Assembly (NCBI RefSeq): GCF_000022265.1 | Contig: NC_011979.1 | Span: 60,001 to 92,000 of the forward strand | DNA length: 32,000 bases | Reading direction: 5' to 3' | From: Geotalea daltonii FRC-32 | GTDB taxonomy: Bacteria; Desulfobacterota; Desulfuromonadia; Geobacterales; Geobacteraceae | Shown: positions 16,892 to 25,338 of the stretch, piece after piece | Position numbering within the stretch: position 1 is the first letter of the stretch | Layout of the letters: each line of letters begins with the position of its first letter | The notes under the pieces: generated by a model | The model's input: only the letters and a program-made list of their open reading frames with translations | What the model was told of the DNA's origin: nothing | The model's database searches: none | Position numbers and translations under genes: made by a program

Positions 16892-18055
16892 ATGAGCAGG
16901 AAACGCTGGTTTTTTCATGTGGTAACCCGCTCCCTTGCCCATCGCAAGGGTGGCACGCTGCTGCTGTTGCTTGTTCTGGCCATGGCATCGAGTCTGGTTA
17001 CCGCTCTGGGGATTGTTTCCTTCTCCATGGAGAAAAAGATCGCCGAGGAGATCAGGCGGTATGGCGCCAACCTGGTGGTTGTGGGAGACAGTGCCGGAAT
17101 GGAAGTGGGAAGTGGTGGCATGAATTTCGGTATGATAGCTGAACCGGCTTATGTGGCTCAGGGACAGGTGGAACAAGCCCTATTGCAGGATCGTACCGTA
17201 CGGGCGGACTATTCCCCAAGCCTGCGGGGAGCTTTCAATCTTAAAGGCAGAAATGTTGCTGCGGATGGCGTTGAGTTTTCAACGGTACGCAGGCTCTTCC
17301 CCTGGTGGCGGGTGAGTGGCGGGTGGCCGCAGGCACACGAATGCCTTATCGGGAATGACATTGCCCTGCGTCATTCCGTAAAACCGGGTGATGAGCTGAC
17401 TTTGGCGGGTTCGGCCGGAAATCTGGTTGTCAGGGTTGCGGGAATTGTCTCCAGCGGCGGCGAAGAGGATGGGCTGGTTTTTGTTAATCTGCAGGCCCTG
17501 CAGAAGGCGCTGGGAGTGCCCGGGCAGGTAACGGCAGTCAGAGTTTTGGCTTCGGCGTCGGGTGAGGATCTCCGGCGGTTTGCGGGCAACCTGCAGAAAC
17601 GTCTGAATGGGGCTAAGGTGAAAGAGGTTCGCCAGGTTGCCAGGACCAGTGAGTCGTTGCTGAAAAAGGTTCAACTGTTGATGCTGCTGGTGACGGCGGT
17701 GGTGCTGACCGCCTGCGGCGGCAGTGTTGCCGGCACCATGGGCAGCAGTGTGCTGGAACGCGGCAAGGAGATCGGCCTGCTCAAGGCAATCGGCGCCTCC
17801 AGGAAAGAGGTCCTGCTGCTTTTTGGGGCAGAGTCTGCCTTCTTGGGTCTTGTTGGGGGTCTGGCAGGATATGTTGCCGGCTATGCCATTGCCATCCTGG
17901 TTACCGAAACGGTCTTTTCCGTGGCTGCCGACTTTTTGCCTGCCCTTTTCCCGGTTGCCCTGGCGGCCAGCTGTTTCTTGGCCCTCCTTGGCAGCACGGG
18001 ATCCATGATCGCGGTTTACCGTCTCGATCCGGTTTGCAGCCTGAGGGGGGAATAG
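16892..18055 (+). CDS. ABC transporter permease, FtsX/MacB type (second subunit)
   Basis: Starts 1 nt after the previous stop, with an AAGGGG RBS. It has the same architecture as the first permease (LKAIGASRKEVLLLFGAESAFLGLVGGLAGYVAG). Confidence 0.85.
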   Translation: MSRKRWFFHVVTRSLAHRKGGTLLLLLVLAMASSLVTALGIVSFSMEKKIAEEIRRYGANLVVVGDSAGMEVGSGGMNFGMIAEPAYVAQGQVEQALLQDRTVRADYSPSLRGAFNLKGRNVAADGVEFSTVRRLFPWWRVSGGWPQAHECLIGNDIALRHSVKPGDELTLAGSAGNLVVRVAGIVSSGGEEDGLVFVNLQALQKALGVPGQVTAVRVLASASGEDLRRFAGNLQKRLNGAKVKEVRQVARTSESLLKKVQLLMLLVTAVVLTACGGSVAGTMGSSVLERGKEIGLLKAIGASRKEVLLLFGAESAFLGLVGGLAGYVAGYAIAILVTETVFSVAADFLPALFPVALAASCFLALLGSTGSMIAVYRLDPVCSLRGE

Positions 18056-18057
18056 GG

Positions 18058-18753
18058 GTGACATCCGTGAAAACTGAGTCTTCGATCATCAAGACCGTTG
18101 GATTGACCAGAAGCTACGGCGAAATTTGTGCCCTGGCGCCTCTGGATTTGCAGGTAACCGAGGGGGAATGGCTGACGATCATGGGGCATTCAGGGTCCGG
18201 TAAAAGTACTCTGCTGAATCTTTTGGGGGGTCTGGACCGCCCAACAGCCGGCACTCTGCTGGTTGACGGGGAGAACCTCCTTTCCCTCAGTGAAGACCAG
18301 TTGGCCAGGTTCAGACGGGAATCCGTCGGCATCATCTTTCAACAGCACCACCTGATTCCCTATCTCACCTCATTGGAAAACGTGATGATGGCCCAGTATT
18401 TTCACAGCATTCCCGATGCTGTTGAAGCCAGTCTGGCACTGGAAAAAGTGGGGCTGGGCAAGAGGCTGGCCAACCGGCCGAGAGAACTGTCCGGGGGGGA
18501 GCAGCAACGGGTCTGCATTGCCAGGGCTATCATTAACAATCCGAAGCTGCTCCTCGGCGACGAGCTGACCGGCAATCTCGACCATAAAAGTACCCATTTG
18601 GTTATGGAATTGCTGAAAGAACTTCATGAGACGGAACGGTTTACCCTGGTGCTGGTTACACACAATCAGGAGGTGGCCGGCTGGGGACAGCGGACCATCT
18701 TCATGGATGACGGCACAGTGGTAAAGGATGTGCGGCAGGGGAGGAGTAACTGA
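18058..18753 (+). CDS. ABC transporter ATP-binding protein (MacB/LolD-like)
   Basis: Walker A GHSGSGKST, Q-loop FQQHHL, signature LSGGEQQRV and Walker B LLLGDELTGNLD are present. The GTG at 18058 is preferred over the overlapping ATG at 18034; the start is uncertain by up to 33 nt. Confidence 0.9.
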   Translation: MTSVKTESSIIKTVGLTRSYGEICALAPLDLQVTEGEWLTIMGHSGSGKSTLLNLLGGLDRPTAGTLLVDGENLLSLSEDQLARFRRESVGIIFQQHHLIPYLTSLENVMMAQYFHSIPDAVEASLALEKVGLGKRLANRPRELSGGEQQRVCIARAIINNPKLLLGDELTGNLDHKSTHLVMELLKELHETERFTLVLVTHNQEVAGWGQRTIFMDDGTVVKDVRQGRSN

Positions 18754-20096
18754 TGCCGCTCCTTGTCAAGGGCTTGACCTTGCTGATTCTCTGGGGTGTC
18801 CTGGTAGTGGGCCTGACGCGGGCCTTTGCCGCGAGAAAGAGTGCGCTGACGGCCGGTTCCGTGCTTGGGCTGATTACCGGCACTGTTGCCGGTTTCCTGC
18901 TCTTCGGTTCTTTCACCGGCGAACTACCCTTTGCCATCATTAAATCTCTGGTTGCCGTTGCCTTTATTTCCCTTTTTATCGTAGCCGCTTTTGCCTGGCA
19001 CAAGGCTCCTGCACCTGCGATAACGGTGTTCTCTCCTTCTCTGTCCGACCATCCTGCTGTCACCGCAATGGCAGCCTTTCTCACCGCTACGGTTTTTGCC
19101 ATCCTGGCTGTCTTTCGTCTATCCAACAGCGGCGATAATGCCACAGTGCTTGCAGTAGGCTTCATTCTTCTGGCAATGGTGGAACTCTGGCTGGTGGTTT
19201 ACCGGCTGGAGCCGCTCCTGCCATCGGTCCTCAAAATGCCCAGGGGGGGGCTACCCCTTCTGGCCGTCTCCCTGTTCCTGTTTATCGCTTCCTCTTCCCC
19301 CCGGCTCGACCTTTTTTCGCCCCTCAGCATGAAGGTGATGAAGCTTATCCATGACTTCGTCCACCAGTTTTTTGAATCCATGCTCATTCCGGACCATCCC
19401 TTTTTCCGTACCGATGTCTGGGACTATATAGGAATGCTTTTCAGCAACGGTGTCGGTTTCTGGGGGGGGCTTATCATCTGGTTTATTCCAGCGGCATTGA
19501 TAGCAATTGCCGTATTCCGCCAGCCTCTCCCTTCGGTGGCCCATGTGCGACAGGCCGCCACACGCCGCAAGTTGATCGCGGGCCATCTCCGCGAACGGCG
19601 CTGTCTGCTCTTTTTTCCGTTTTTTGCAACTATATTGATGGCAGTTGCAGTATATGAGAGTGGCCACCCTTCTGTTGAATACTGGGACCCGAAGCCTATT
19701 GCCGTAAAAGCAGATGGTGCTGGGACGATTCACATCCCTGTCAAGGATGGTGAAACAGACCTTAAAGATGGGAAACTTCACAAATATATCTTCCTGCAGG
19801 GTGCAAAGAAGGTACGCTTCTTCGTCCTTTACCGTTCAGATGAACTGACCGTCGTCCTCGATGCCTGCTCCATCTGCCAGCCGGAAGGGTACGGACAGAG
19901 CGAAGGTACAGTCATCTGTTATTATTGCAAGACCTTGATCCCGCTGGAGACGGTGGGCAAGCCGGGAGGCTGTAATCCGGTACCAGTCTCATTCACCGCC
20001 GACGCTGGTGGTGTGCATCTTTCTGCCGTGAGTCTTATCAACACCTGGAATGAACAGGTTCAATCGGCGAAAAAAGTCCCAGGGGGGCCAGAATGA
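18753..20096 (+). CDS. polytopic membrane protein with C-terminal DUF2318-type Cys-rich domain (COG4393-like)
   Basis: The start overlaps the ATPase stop (TGATG). The N-terminus has about 8 TM helices. The C-terminal soluble domain carries LDACSICQPEGYGQSEGTVICYYCKTLIPLETVGKPGGCNPVP (CxxC...CxxC...C), characteristic of DUF2318. Confidence 0.7.
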   Translation: MPLLVKGLTLLILWGVLVVGLTRAFAARKSALTAGSVLGLITGTVAGFLLFGSFTGELPFAIIKSLVAVAFISLFIVAAFAWHKAPAPAITVFSPSLSDHPAVTAMAAFLTATVFAILAVFRLSNSGDNATVLAVGFILLAMVELWLVVYRLEPLLPSVLKMPRGGLPLLAVSLFLFIASSSPRLDLFSPLSMKVMKLIHDFVHQFFESMLIPDHPFFRTDVWDYIGMLFSNGVGFWGGLIIWFIPAALIAIAVFRQPLPSVAHVRQAATRRKLIAGHLRERRCLLFFPFFATILMAVAVYESGHPSVEYWDPKPIAVKADGAGTIHIPVKDGETDLKDGKLHKYIFLQGAKKVRFFVLYRSDELTVVLDACSICQPEGYGQSEGTVICYYCKTLIPLETVGKPGGCNPVPVSFTADAGGVHLSAVSLINTWNEQVQSAKKVPGGPE

Positions 20097-21331
20097 GGCG
20101 CCTGCTCCGAGGTTTTCACAGTATCATCGCTTCACGTGCGGTAACTCCCATCATTCTTGGATGTTTCGCTCTCATCTACATTATCATCGCCTTTTACACT
20201 GACGAGACCTTGGTCGCTCTTATGGCCCTTGTCAGGAGTAACAGCCCCCTTATCCTGCTCCTATCCTGCATACCGGTAAATCTCCTTGCCATTCTTTGCC
20301 GCGAAACAGCCCAGTTCAGCGACAGAAGGCATGCAGTAAGGCTTTCAGCGAAAGGATTACCCGTCGGGACTTATCAGGAAAGGGTATTTCTCGGCACAGT
20401 TCAGACAGGGCTGTTGGAGAAAAAAATTGAACAATCAGGCTACCATTATCGAATAAAAGGAGACTCTTGCGCTGCATGGAAGGGAATAAGCATTTTCCCC
20501 GCTCGATTTCTGTTTCTCATGGGCAGCTTTTGTCTCTTTGCGGGCATATTGGTCAGCCTGACCACCAAGGTTTCTCTGCGGGATGTCGTTATAGAGGGGG
20601 AACCCTTGCCCGAGGCAGTCGGGGTGAGGGGGCGAGTAGAGCAAATCACTCTTCGTCAACATAATGGCATCATTTTGTCCCATAGCCTCGACATGGACAT
20701 CACCTTAGGGGAGGGCGATGAAGCGAGCGTGAGAAAATTCGGCGTTTACCCCCCTGGCCGGATTAATGGTATCTTTTTCTATCCCCGTTACCTCGGCCTT
20801 GCCCCACTTATCGAATTTACTCCCCCTGAATCCGGACAGGTTTTTTCCAGCTATATCAAACTAATGATCTACCCTCCGGGAAAAGAGGATGGCGTCCAGA
20901 TTCCCCGGTCTCCTTACAGGATATCCTTTACCATCATCGAGCCCATGACCGGGGCAGAGCCGTATATCACAGGCAAGTTCAATCTGCGCTTCAAGGTCTT
21001 GAAAGGCAACGATCAGGTTTCGGAAGGAACGCTGCCACTGGGGGGGACCGTGAGCAGGGGAGGGTACACACTTTCTTTTCCTGATGCAAAAAAACTTGTT
21101 GCTGTAGATTTTGTCAAGGATCCTGGCCTGCCGCTGCTGTGGATCGCCGGCCTTCTCTTCCTGGGAGCAATTGTTGCTTATATTCCCATCAGAATGTTTG
21201 CTCCACGCAGGGAGATTATCTTTATTCAACGTAATGGATCAACAGAGGTCTTTTCTCGGGCAGAAGGACGAGCAGCAAAACACCGCGGCATCCTCCACAA
21301 TATGCTCGATCACCTCTGCCAAAGTCAGTGA
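20093..21331 (+). CDS. ResB-like membrane protein, divergent paralog 2 (lacks the TM3 histidine)
   Basis: ATGA overlap with the DUF2318 gene. The layout is ResB-like: LLRGFHSIIASRAVTPIILGCFALIYII, then SPLILLLSCIPVNLLAILCRE, then TM3 ARFLFLMGSFCLFAGILVS, then a VIEGEPL soluble domain and a C-terminal KDPGLPLLWIAGLLFLGAIVAYIP. The assignment is by eye. Confidence 0.55.
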   Translation: MRRLLRGFHSIIASRAVTPIILGCFALIYIIIAFYTDETLVALMALVRSNSPLILLLSCIPVNLLAILCRETAQFSDRRHAVRLSAKGLPVGTYQERVFLGTVQTGLLEKKIEQSGYHYRIKGDSCAAWKGISIFPARFLFLMGSFCLFAGILVSLTTKVSLRDVVIEGEPLPEAVGVRGRVEQITLRQHNGIILSHSLDMDITLGEGDEASVRKFGVYPPGRINGIFFYPRYLGLAPLIEFTPPESGQVFSSYIKLMIYPPGKEDGVQIPRSPYRISFTIIEPMTGAEPYITGKFNLRFKVLKGNDQVSEGTLPLGGTVSRGGYTLSFPDAKKLVAVDFVKDPGLPLLWIAGLLFLGAIVAYIPIRMFAPRREIIFIQRNGSTEVFSRAEGRAAKHRGILHNMLDHLCQSQ

Positions 21332-21481
21332 TTTCACATTTTTTCAGCAACCAGTATTCCTGATGGCCGGCAATTTTTCTCTGTGAAGTTGCACAAGATG
21401 CTAAAATCTTGCTTGTAAAAAATCAGGCTGAATAACCATGCAGGGGAGTGGAAATTGCAAAACAGAGGGTGGAGACAGTCC

Positions 21482-22948
21482 ATGGAAGCAAGCAGAGCAA
21501 AGAAGATCCTTTTTGTCACCCCTCCGTACCACTGTGGCGTGGTGGAGGTCGCCGGGCGGTGGATACCGCTGAACTTCGTCTATCTTGCCGGTGTTGCCCG
21601 AGAAGCCGGTCTGGATGCGGAGATATACGATGCCATGACCAAGGATCATGGGTATCCTGAGATCGAACAGCGTTTGCAGGCGTCTACCTTCGATGTGGTG
21701 GCCACGACAGCTATTACTTCCACCATCAACGACGCTCTCAAGACTCTGCAACTGGCGAAGCAGATCAATCCCAATGCCGTCAGCATCATCGGCGGAGTCC
21801 ATCCAACCTTCTGCTATGAGGAAGTTTTCAATACAACCGATGCAGTGGATTACATCATCTGCGGCGAAGGGGAGACAACCCTTAAAGCCCTGCTGATGGC
21901 ACTGGAAAAGGGAACTGACGTGGCCGAGGTTCCGGGGGTTGCCTTCAAAAGGGATGGCCGCGTCATCAAAACCGCCAAGCGCTGCTTTCGGGAGAATCTC
22001 GATGATCTGCCAGCAGCCTGGGACCTCCTTGACTGGTCTGATTACAAGTACTTCGTCATCCCCAATTCCCGTTTAGGCGCCATCAGCACCTCCAGGGGCT
22101 GTGATCACGATTGCATCTTCTGCTCACAGCAGAAGTTCTGGGAGCAGTCGTGGCGGGGTCGGGATCCGCAGAAGGTGGCAGACGAAATCCAGTACCTCTT
22201 CGAGATCTATGGGGTAAATGTCTTCCTCATTGCCGACGAGTACCCGACAAAAGACCGGGAGCGGTGGGAAGCCCTGCTTGATATGGTCATCGCAAAGGAC
22301 CTGCCCATTTACCTTCTTATGGAGACAAGGGTTCCGGATATCATCCGTGACAGGGAAATCCTCTGGAAGTACCGAAAGGCCGGGGTGGTTCACATCTATA
22401 TCGGCATCGAAGCCACCGATCAGGAAACCCTCGATTTCATCAAAAAAGAGCTTGATGTGGACCAGTCAAAGCTGGCCCTTGATCTGATCCACGAGCATGG
22501 CATAATCACCGAGACCTCTTTTGTTCTCGGCTTTCCCGATGAAACAAAAAAGAGTATCGAAAAAACGTTGAAGCTGGCCCAGTACTATAATCCCGACAAT
22601 GCCCATTTCCTTGCCATAACGCCCTGGCCCTATGCCGACATGTTCAATGACGTCAAGGACTACATCAAGGTTCATGACTACGCCAAATACAACCTCATCG
22701 ATCCCATCATCGAGCCGAAACGGATGAGCCTTCTCCAGGTGGACGTGGCCATTGTCGACTGCTATCGACGTTTTTACATGAAGAAGCTACCTGAGGTCTT
22801 CAACATGAAGGACCCGTTTAAGCGCGATTACTTGATGAAGGCGATGAAGCTGATCATGAACAGCTCCTTCATAATCAAAAAGCTCGGTAAGGGTACGCTG
22901 GGCAAGGTGCCGGCAATGATCGAAGAAATGATGGCAAAGATGTCCTGA
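21482..22948 (+). CDS. B12-binding-domain radical SAM protein (class B rSAM) 2
   Basis: The ATG at 21482 has GGTGGAG ~8 nt upstream (the tracked ORF starts at a TTG at 21455). The B12-binding-type N-terminus reads KKILFVTPP...FDVVATTAIT...IIGGVHPTF. The CX3CX2C motif GCDHDCIFC lies at 22100-22123. Confidence 0.9.
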   Translation: MEASRAKKILFVTPPYHCGVVEVAGRWIPLNFVYLAGVAREAGLDAEIYDAMTKDHGYPEIEQRLQASTFDVVATTAITSTINDALKTLQLAKQINPNAVSIIGGVHPTFCYEEVFNTTDAVDYIICGEGETTLKALLMALEKGTDVAEVPGVAFKRDGRVIKTAKRCFRENLDDLPAAWDLLDWSDYKYFVIPNSRLGAISTSRGCDHDCIFCSQQKFWEQSWRGRDPQKVADEIQYLFEIYGVNVFLIADEYPTKDRERWEALLDMVIAKDLPIYLLMETRVPDIIRDREILWKYRKAGVVHIYIGIEATDQETLDFIKKELDVDQSKLALDLIHEHGIITETSFVLGFPDETKKSIEKTLKLAQYYNPDNAHFLAITPWPYADMFNDVKDYIKVHDYAKYNLIDPIIEPKRMSLLQVDVAIVDCYRRFYMKKLPEVFNMKDPFKRDYLMKAMKLIMNSSFIIKKLGKGTLGKVPAMIEEMMAKMS

Positions 22949-22990
22949 ACCTGGTTTTTGTAAAAAAGCGGGAGAGGGTTTTATTAAAGT

Positions 22991-23029
22991 CAAGAAGGGG
23001 CTGGACATTCAATGTCCAGCCCCTTCTTG
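22991..23029. terminator. bidirectional intrinsic terminator between convergent operons
   Basis: CAAGAAGGGGCTGGACATT-c-AATGTCCAGCCCCTTCTTG has perfectly complementary 19-nt arms, giving an effective stem of ~17 bp. T/A-rich sequence lies on both sides. It sits between the rSAM stop (22948) and the minus-strand stop (23059). Confidence 0.85.
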
Positions 23030-23058
23030 TTTAATCATGTCTTATCAAGAAAATGCTG

Positions 23059-24579
23059 CTACTGAACCTTCCCTAAGGCCGCCTGTTTCACCGTTTTAAC
23101 TCTCATTAATTCCGTCATCCGCGCCAGTGGTGTTTTATTCACTCGGGTTCCGTCATGGTAAAAAGTTACCAACTGGAGAGCGCCATCTTTGGCTGCCTTC
23201 ATGGCAACATCGTCAGGAGTGAAGGTGGTCCGTCCCAGGGAGCGTTTGGTGGGCCACTCTACGCCGCTGTAGCTGAGATAGACCAGCTTGGAGCAGTAGA
23301 CTCGCTCCTTGGACTCCACATCGAAGTTGAAATCGTACGGTTTACCAACCTGGCGCAGGGTCTGGATGACCGTTTTGGCCCGACTTTCCCTGGTCAATTC
23401 AGGCTTGCGCAGGGCGCCGAAGCTGTCGATGTTGAAGAAGTGGTCCAGGGTATTCATCTCCACCCCGGAACGGAGCGCCTCCACCACCAGCCGGCCTTGG
23501 CGGATCTGGTCGTGGTAGCGCTTCACAACCGGATTTTCCCAGATACCGAGCTCCTTCAGTTCCGTTTCGTTGCCGACCCAGACCGCCGCGTGGCCCCAAT
23601 AGCCGGGGATCAACTTATCGGTAAGGCGGAAAGGAGTCTTTTCCAGCAGGATGTCTCCTGCCTGCAGGGTTGCCTTGACCTCTTCCAGCATCTCCGATTT
23701 GCCGTAAAGCTTGCCCTTGCGTGTTTCCACCAATCCGACCGCATTGCCGAAAAACATGCTGAACAGGTTCATGCCGCCGCGCTCGAAGGAGGATAACGTG
23801 TCGGTGGTGACGGCACCGAAAAAGCCGAGCTTTCTTCCGATGACATAGAGGGGGGACCATTTGCGAACCATGGTATAGGAGGGGCTCTGCTGGATCAGGG
23901 TAGAGACATATTCGATTTCAGAGCTTTTTGCCATTGAACGGTTGAGCCTGACCGATTCTTTTTCGTAAAACTTGATGGCCTTGCGCACCCGTTGCCGGTT
24001 GGCCACCGAATCGTAATGGAGGGTAACCTTGGCCAGGGCAGCGCTGTTTACGGCATAGCCCGGATCCCGCTCGTTGAGGAGCCGCCGCAGCTTGCTGTCT
24101 CCCTCGAAGAGGGAGATGGCAAGCAGATAATTGTCGTAGAGGACCAGGGCCGAGGAGAGGGAAAGCATGATTCCCTTGAGGCGCGCTTCAGGTGTAATGC
24201 CAAGCTGTGCCAGGTCTTTTTCCGATCTGTCCAGCCAGCACTCGTGTGACTCGGCTACGGCGAGTAGTTCCTTGCGCAGGGCAAGGTGTTCGACAATCCC
24301 CTGGTTGAGCAGGTCCAGGTCTTCGCCGGTCAGGGGCTTGCCCTGTTCCTGCTTGTTCTTGATGCTATTGCCCACTTTGATTGTCTCGGCCCGCAGCATC
24401 AGCGCCCGTTCTGCCAGGAAACGGAAATCGTTCAGTTCCTCCTGTAGCGTTTTTTCAACGGAGGCATTGGTGGTGCCATGGTTGCGTACGAGATGGTCTT
24501 TGCATATATCGGCTGCAAAGGCGGGAATGGAGAGAAAGAGGGTGGTTAACAGGGACAGGGCAGAGAGACGGTGCTTCAT
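23059..24579 (-). CDS. secreted protein with C-terminal YiiX/YaeF-like permuted papain-fold (NlpC/P60-related, C92-type) amidase domain
   Basis: The ATG at 24579 has GGAG ~9 nt upstream and gives the signal peptide MKHRLSALSLLTTLFLSIPAFA|AD. The C-terminal domain has its His motif (GYWGHAAVWVG) before its Cys motif (RVYCSKLVYLSY), which is the permuted order of the YiiX family. The N-terminal ~300 aa are helical and of unknown function. Confidence 0.7.
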   Translation of the reverse strand: MKHRLSALSLLTTLFLSIPAFAADICKDHLVRNHGTTNASVEKTLQEELNDFRFLAERALMLRAETIKVGNSIKNKQEQGKPLTGEDLDLLNQGIVEHLALRKELLAVAESHECWLDRSEKDLAQLGITPEARLKGIMLSLSSALVLYDNYLLAISLFEGDSKLRRLLNERDPGYAVNSAALAKVTLHYDSVANRQRVRKAIKFYEKESVRLNRSMAKSSEIEYVSTLIQQSPSYTMVRKWSPLYVIGRKLGFFGAVTTDTLSSFERGGMNLFSMFFGNAVGLVETRKGKLYGKSEMLEEVKATLQAGDILLEKTPFRLTDKLIPGYWGHAAVWVGNETELKELGIWENPVVKRYHDQIRQGRLVVEALRSGVEMNTLDHFFNIDSFGALRKPELTRESRAKTVIQTLRQVGKPYDFNFDVESKERVYCSKLVYLSYSGVEWPTKRSLGRTTFTPDDVAMKAAKDGALQLVTFYHDGTRVNKTPLARMTELMRVKTVKQAALGKVQ

Positions 24580-24634
24580 CAGACGATCTCCTTCATGCGG
24601 TGATGTATCCGTCATGCATCAGGACAGGACGGGG

Positions 24635-25237
24635 TCATTGCTTCAATTCACTACCATACCGGCGGATGAACTTCTTGAAATTGATCCAGATGTCGTTGAA
24701 GCCGAAGGCCTGCATCTCCTTTTCCGCTTCGGCCAGGGACCATTTGTCCACCTTCATCCGATAGGCGGCAACGACGATGCCGGTCCGGTCCTGGCCATGG
24801 CGGCAGTGGACGAAGATCGGCTGATTGGCAGGATCAGCCAGGAGCGCGACAACCCCGTCCACCTTCTCTTTCAGCCCATCCCGCGACATGGCAATGGGTA
24901 CGGCGATGGCTCGCATCCCGGCAGCTTCCACCTGTGCTTTTTCGCTTTCACTGGTCCTGAGGTCGATCACGGTTTTGATCCCCATTTTTTTCAGGGTGGC
25001 ATAGCCGTCGGCGCCGGGCTGGGCACCGCGGTAGATACCGGGTGCGATGTGGCCGACGTTGGTCAGACCGGGAAGGTTGGCAAGCCCCTCGGCGGCACGG
25101 GGGCTGGCAGGTGCAGACGCGACAGTCTGCCGGGCAAGGCCTGGGGTTCCGCCCAGGACGAGGCAGGAGACGATTAGCCAGGAAAAGGTCATTAGGCGGG
25201 CACAGGGGCGGTGGTGATTCAATCCGGGAAATCTCAT
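24635..25237 (-). CDS. protein-tyrosine/dual-specificity phosphatase-like lipoprotein (CX5R active site)
   Basis: The active-site loop is VHCRHGQDRTG (HCX5R-T/S-G). The ATG at 25237 has GGAGG 4 nt upstream and gives MRFPGLNHHRPCARLMTFSWLIVSC, a lipobox-like IVSC. The longest ORF extends to 25342, where its ATG overlaps the upstream stop (ATGA), so the start is ambiguous. Confidence 0.8.
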   Translation of the reverse strand: MRFPGLNHHRPCARLMTFSWLIVSCLVLGGTPGLARQTVASAPASPRAAEGLANLPGLTNVGHIAPGIYRGAQPGADGYATLKKMGIKTVIDLRTSESEKAQVEAAGMRAIAVPIAMSRDGLKEKVDGVVALLADPANQPIFVHCRHGQDRTGIVVAAYRMKVDKWSLAEAEKEMQAFGFNDIWINFKKFIRRYGSELKQ

Positions 25238-25338
25238 GAGTCCTCCACGCATTGGGGTACCTTCATGTATCATAAGAGCCGTGCGGAGTGCCACCGTTTT
25301 TTCCGGCCGTTGCGAAAAAAACCTCAGTAAAATCTTTT

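Noticed and set aside
19243-19469. Two G8 homopolymer tracts (19243-19250, 19462-19469) in the DUF2318 gene, an A9 tract in tadA (1861-1869) and several G7 tracts elsewhere, considered as phase-variation switches
   Set aside because: G7-G8 runs occur throughout this window wherever Gly-Gly or Pro-Gly codons fall. Their number is near the expectation for this base composition. All are in frame in intact genes, and nothing suggests on/off switching without population sequence data.
21332-21481. Looked for a cobalamin riboswitch or other leader in the 150-nt gap before the second B12-radical SAM gene
   Set aside because: There is no B12-box-like GCCACTG core. I found only a weak 6-bp inverted repeat (CAAGAT..ATCTTG) and a possible extended -10 element (TGCTAAAAT at 21399-21407). 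That is too little to call a feature.
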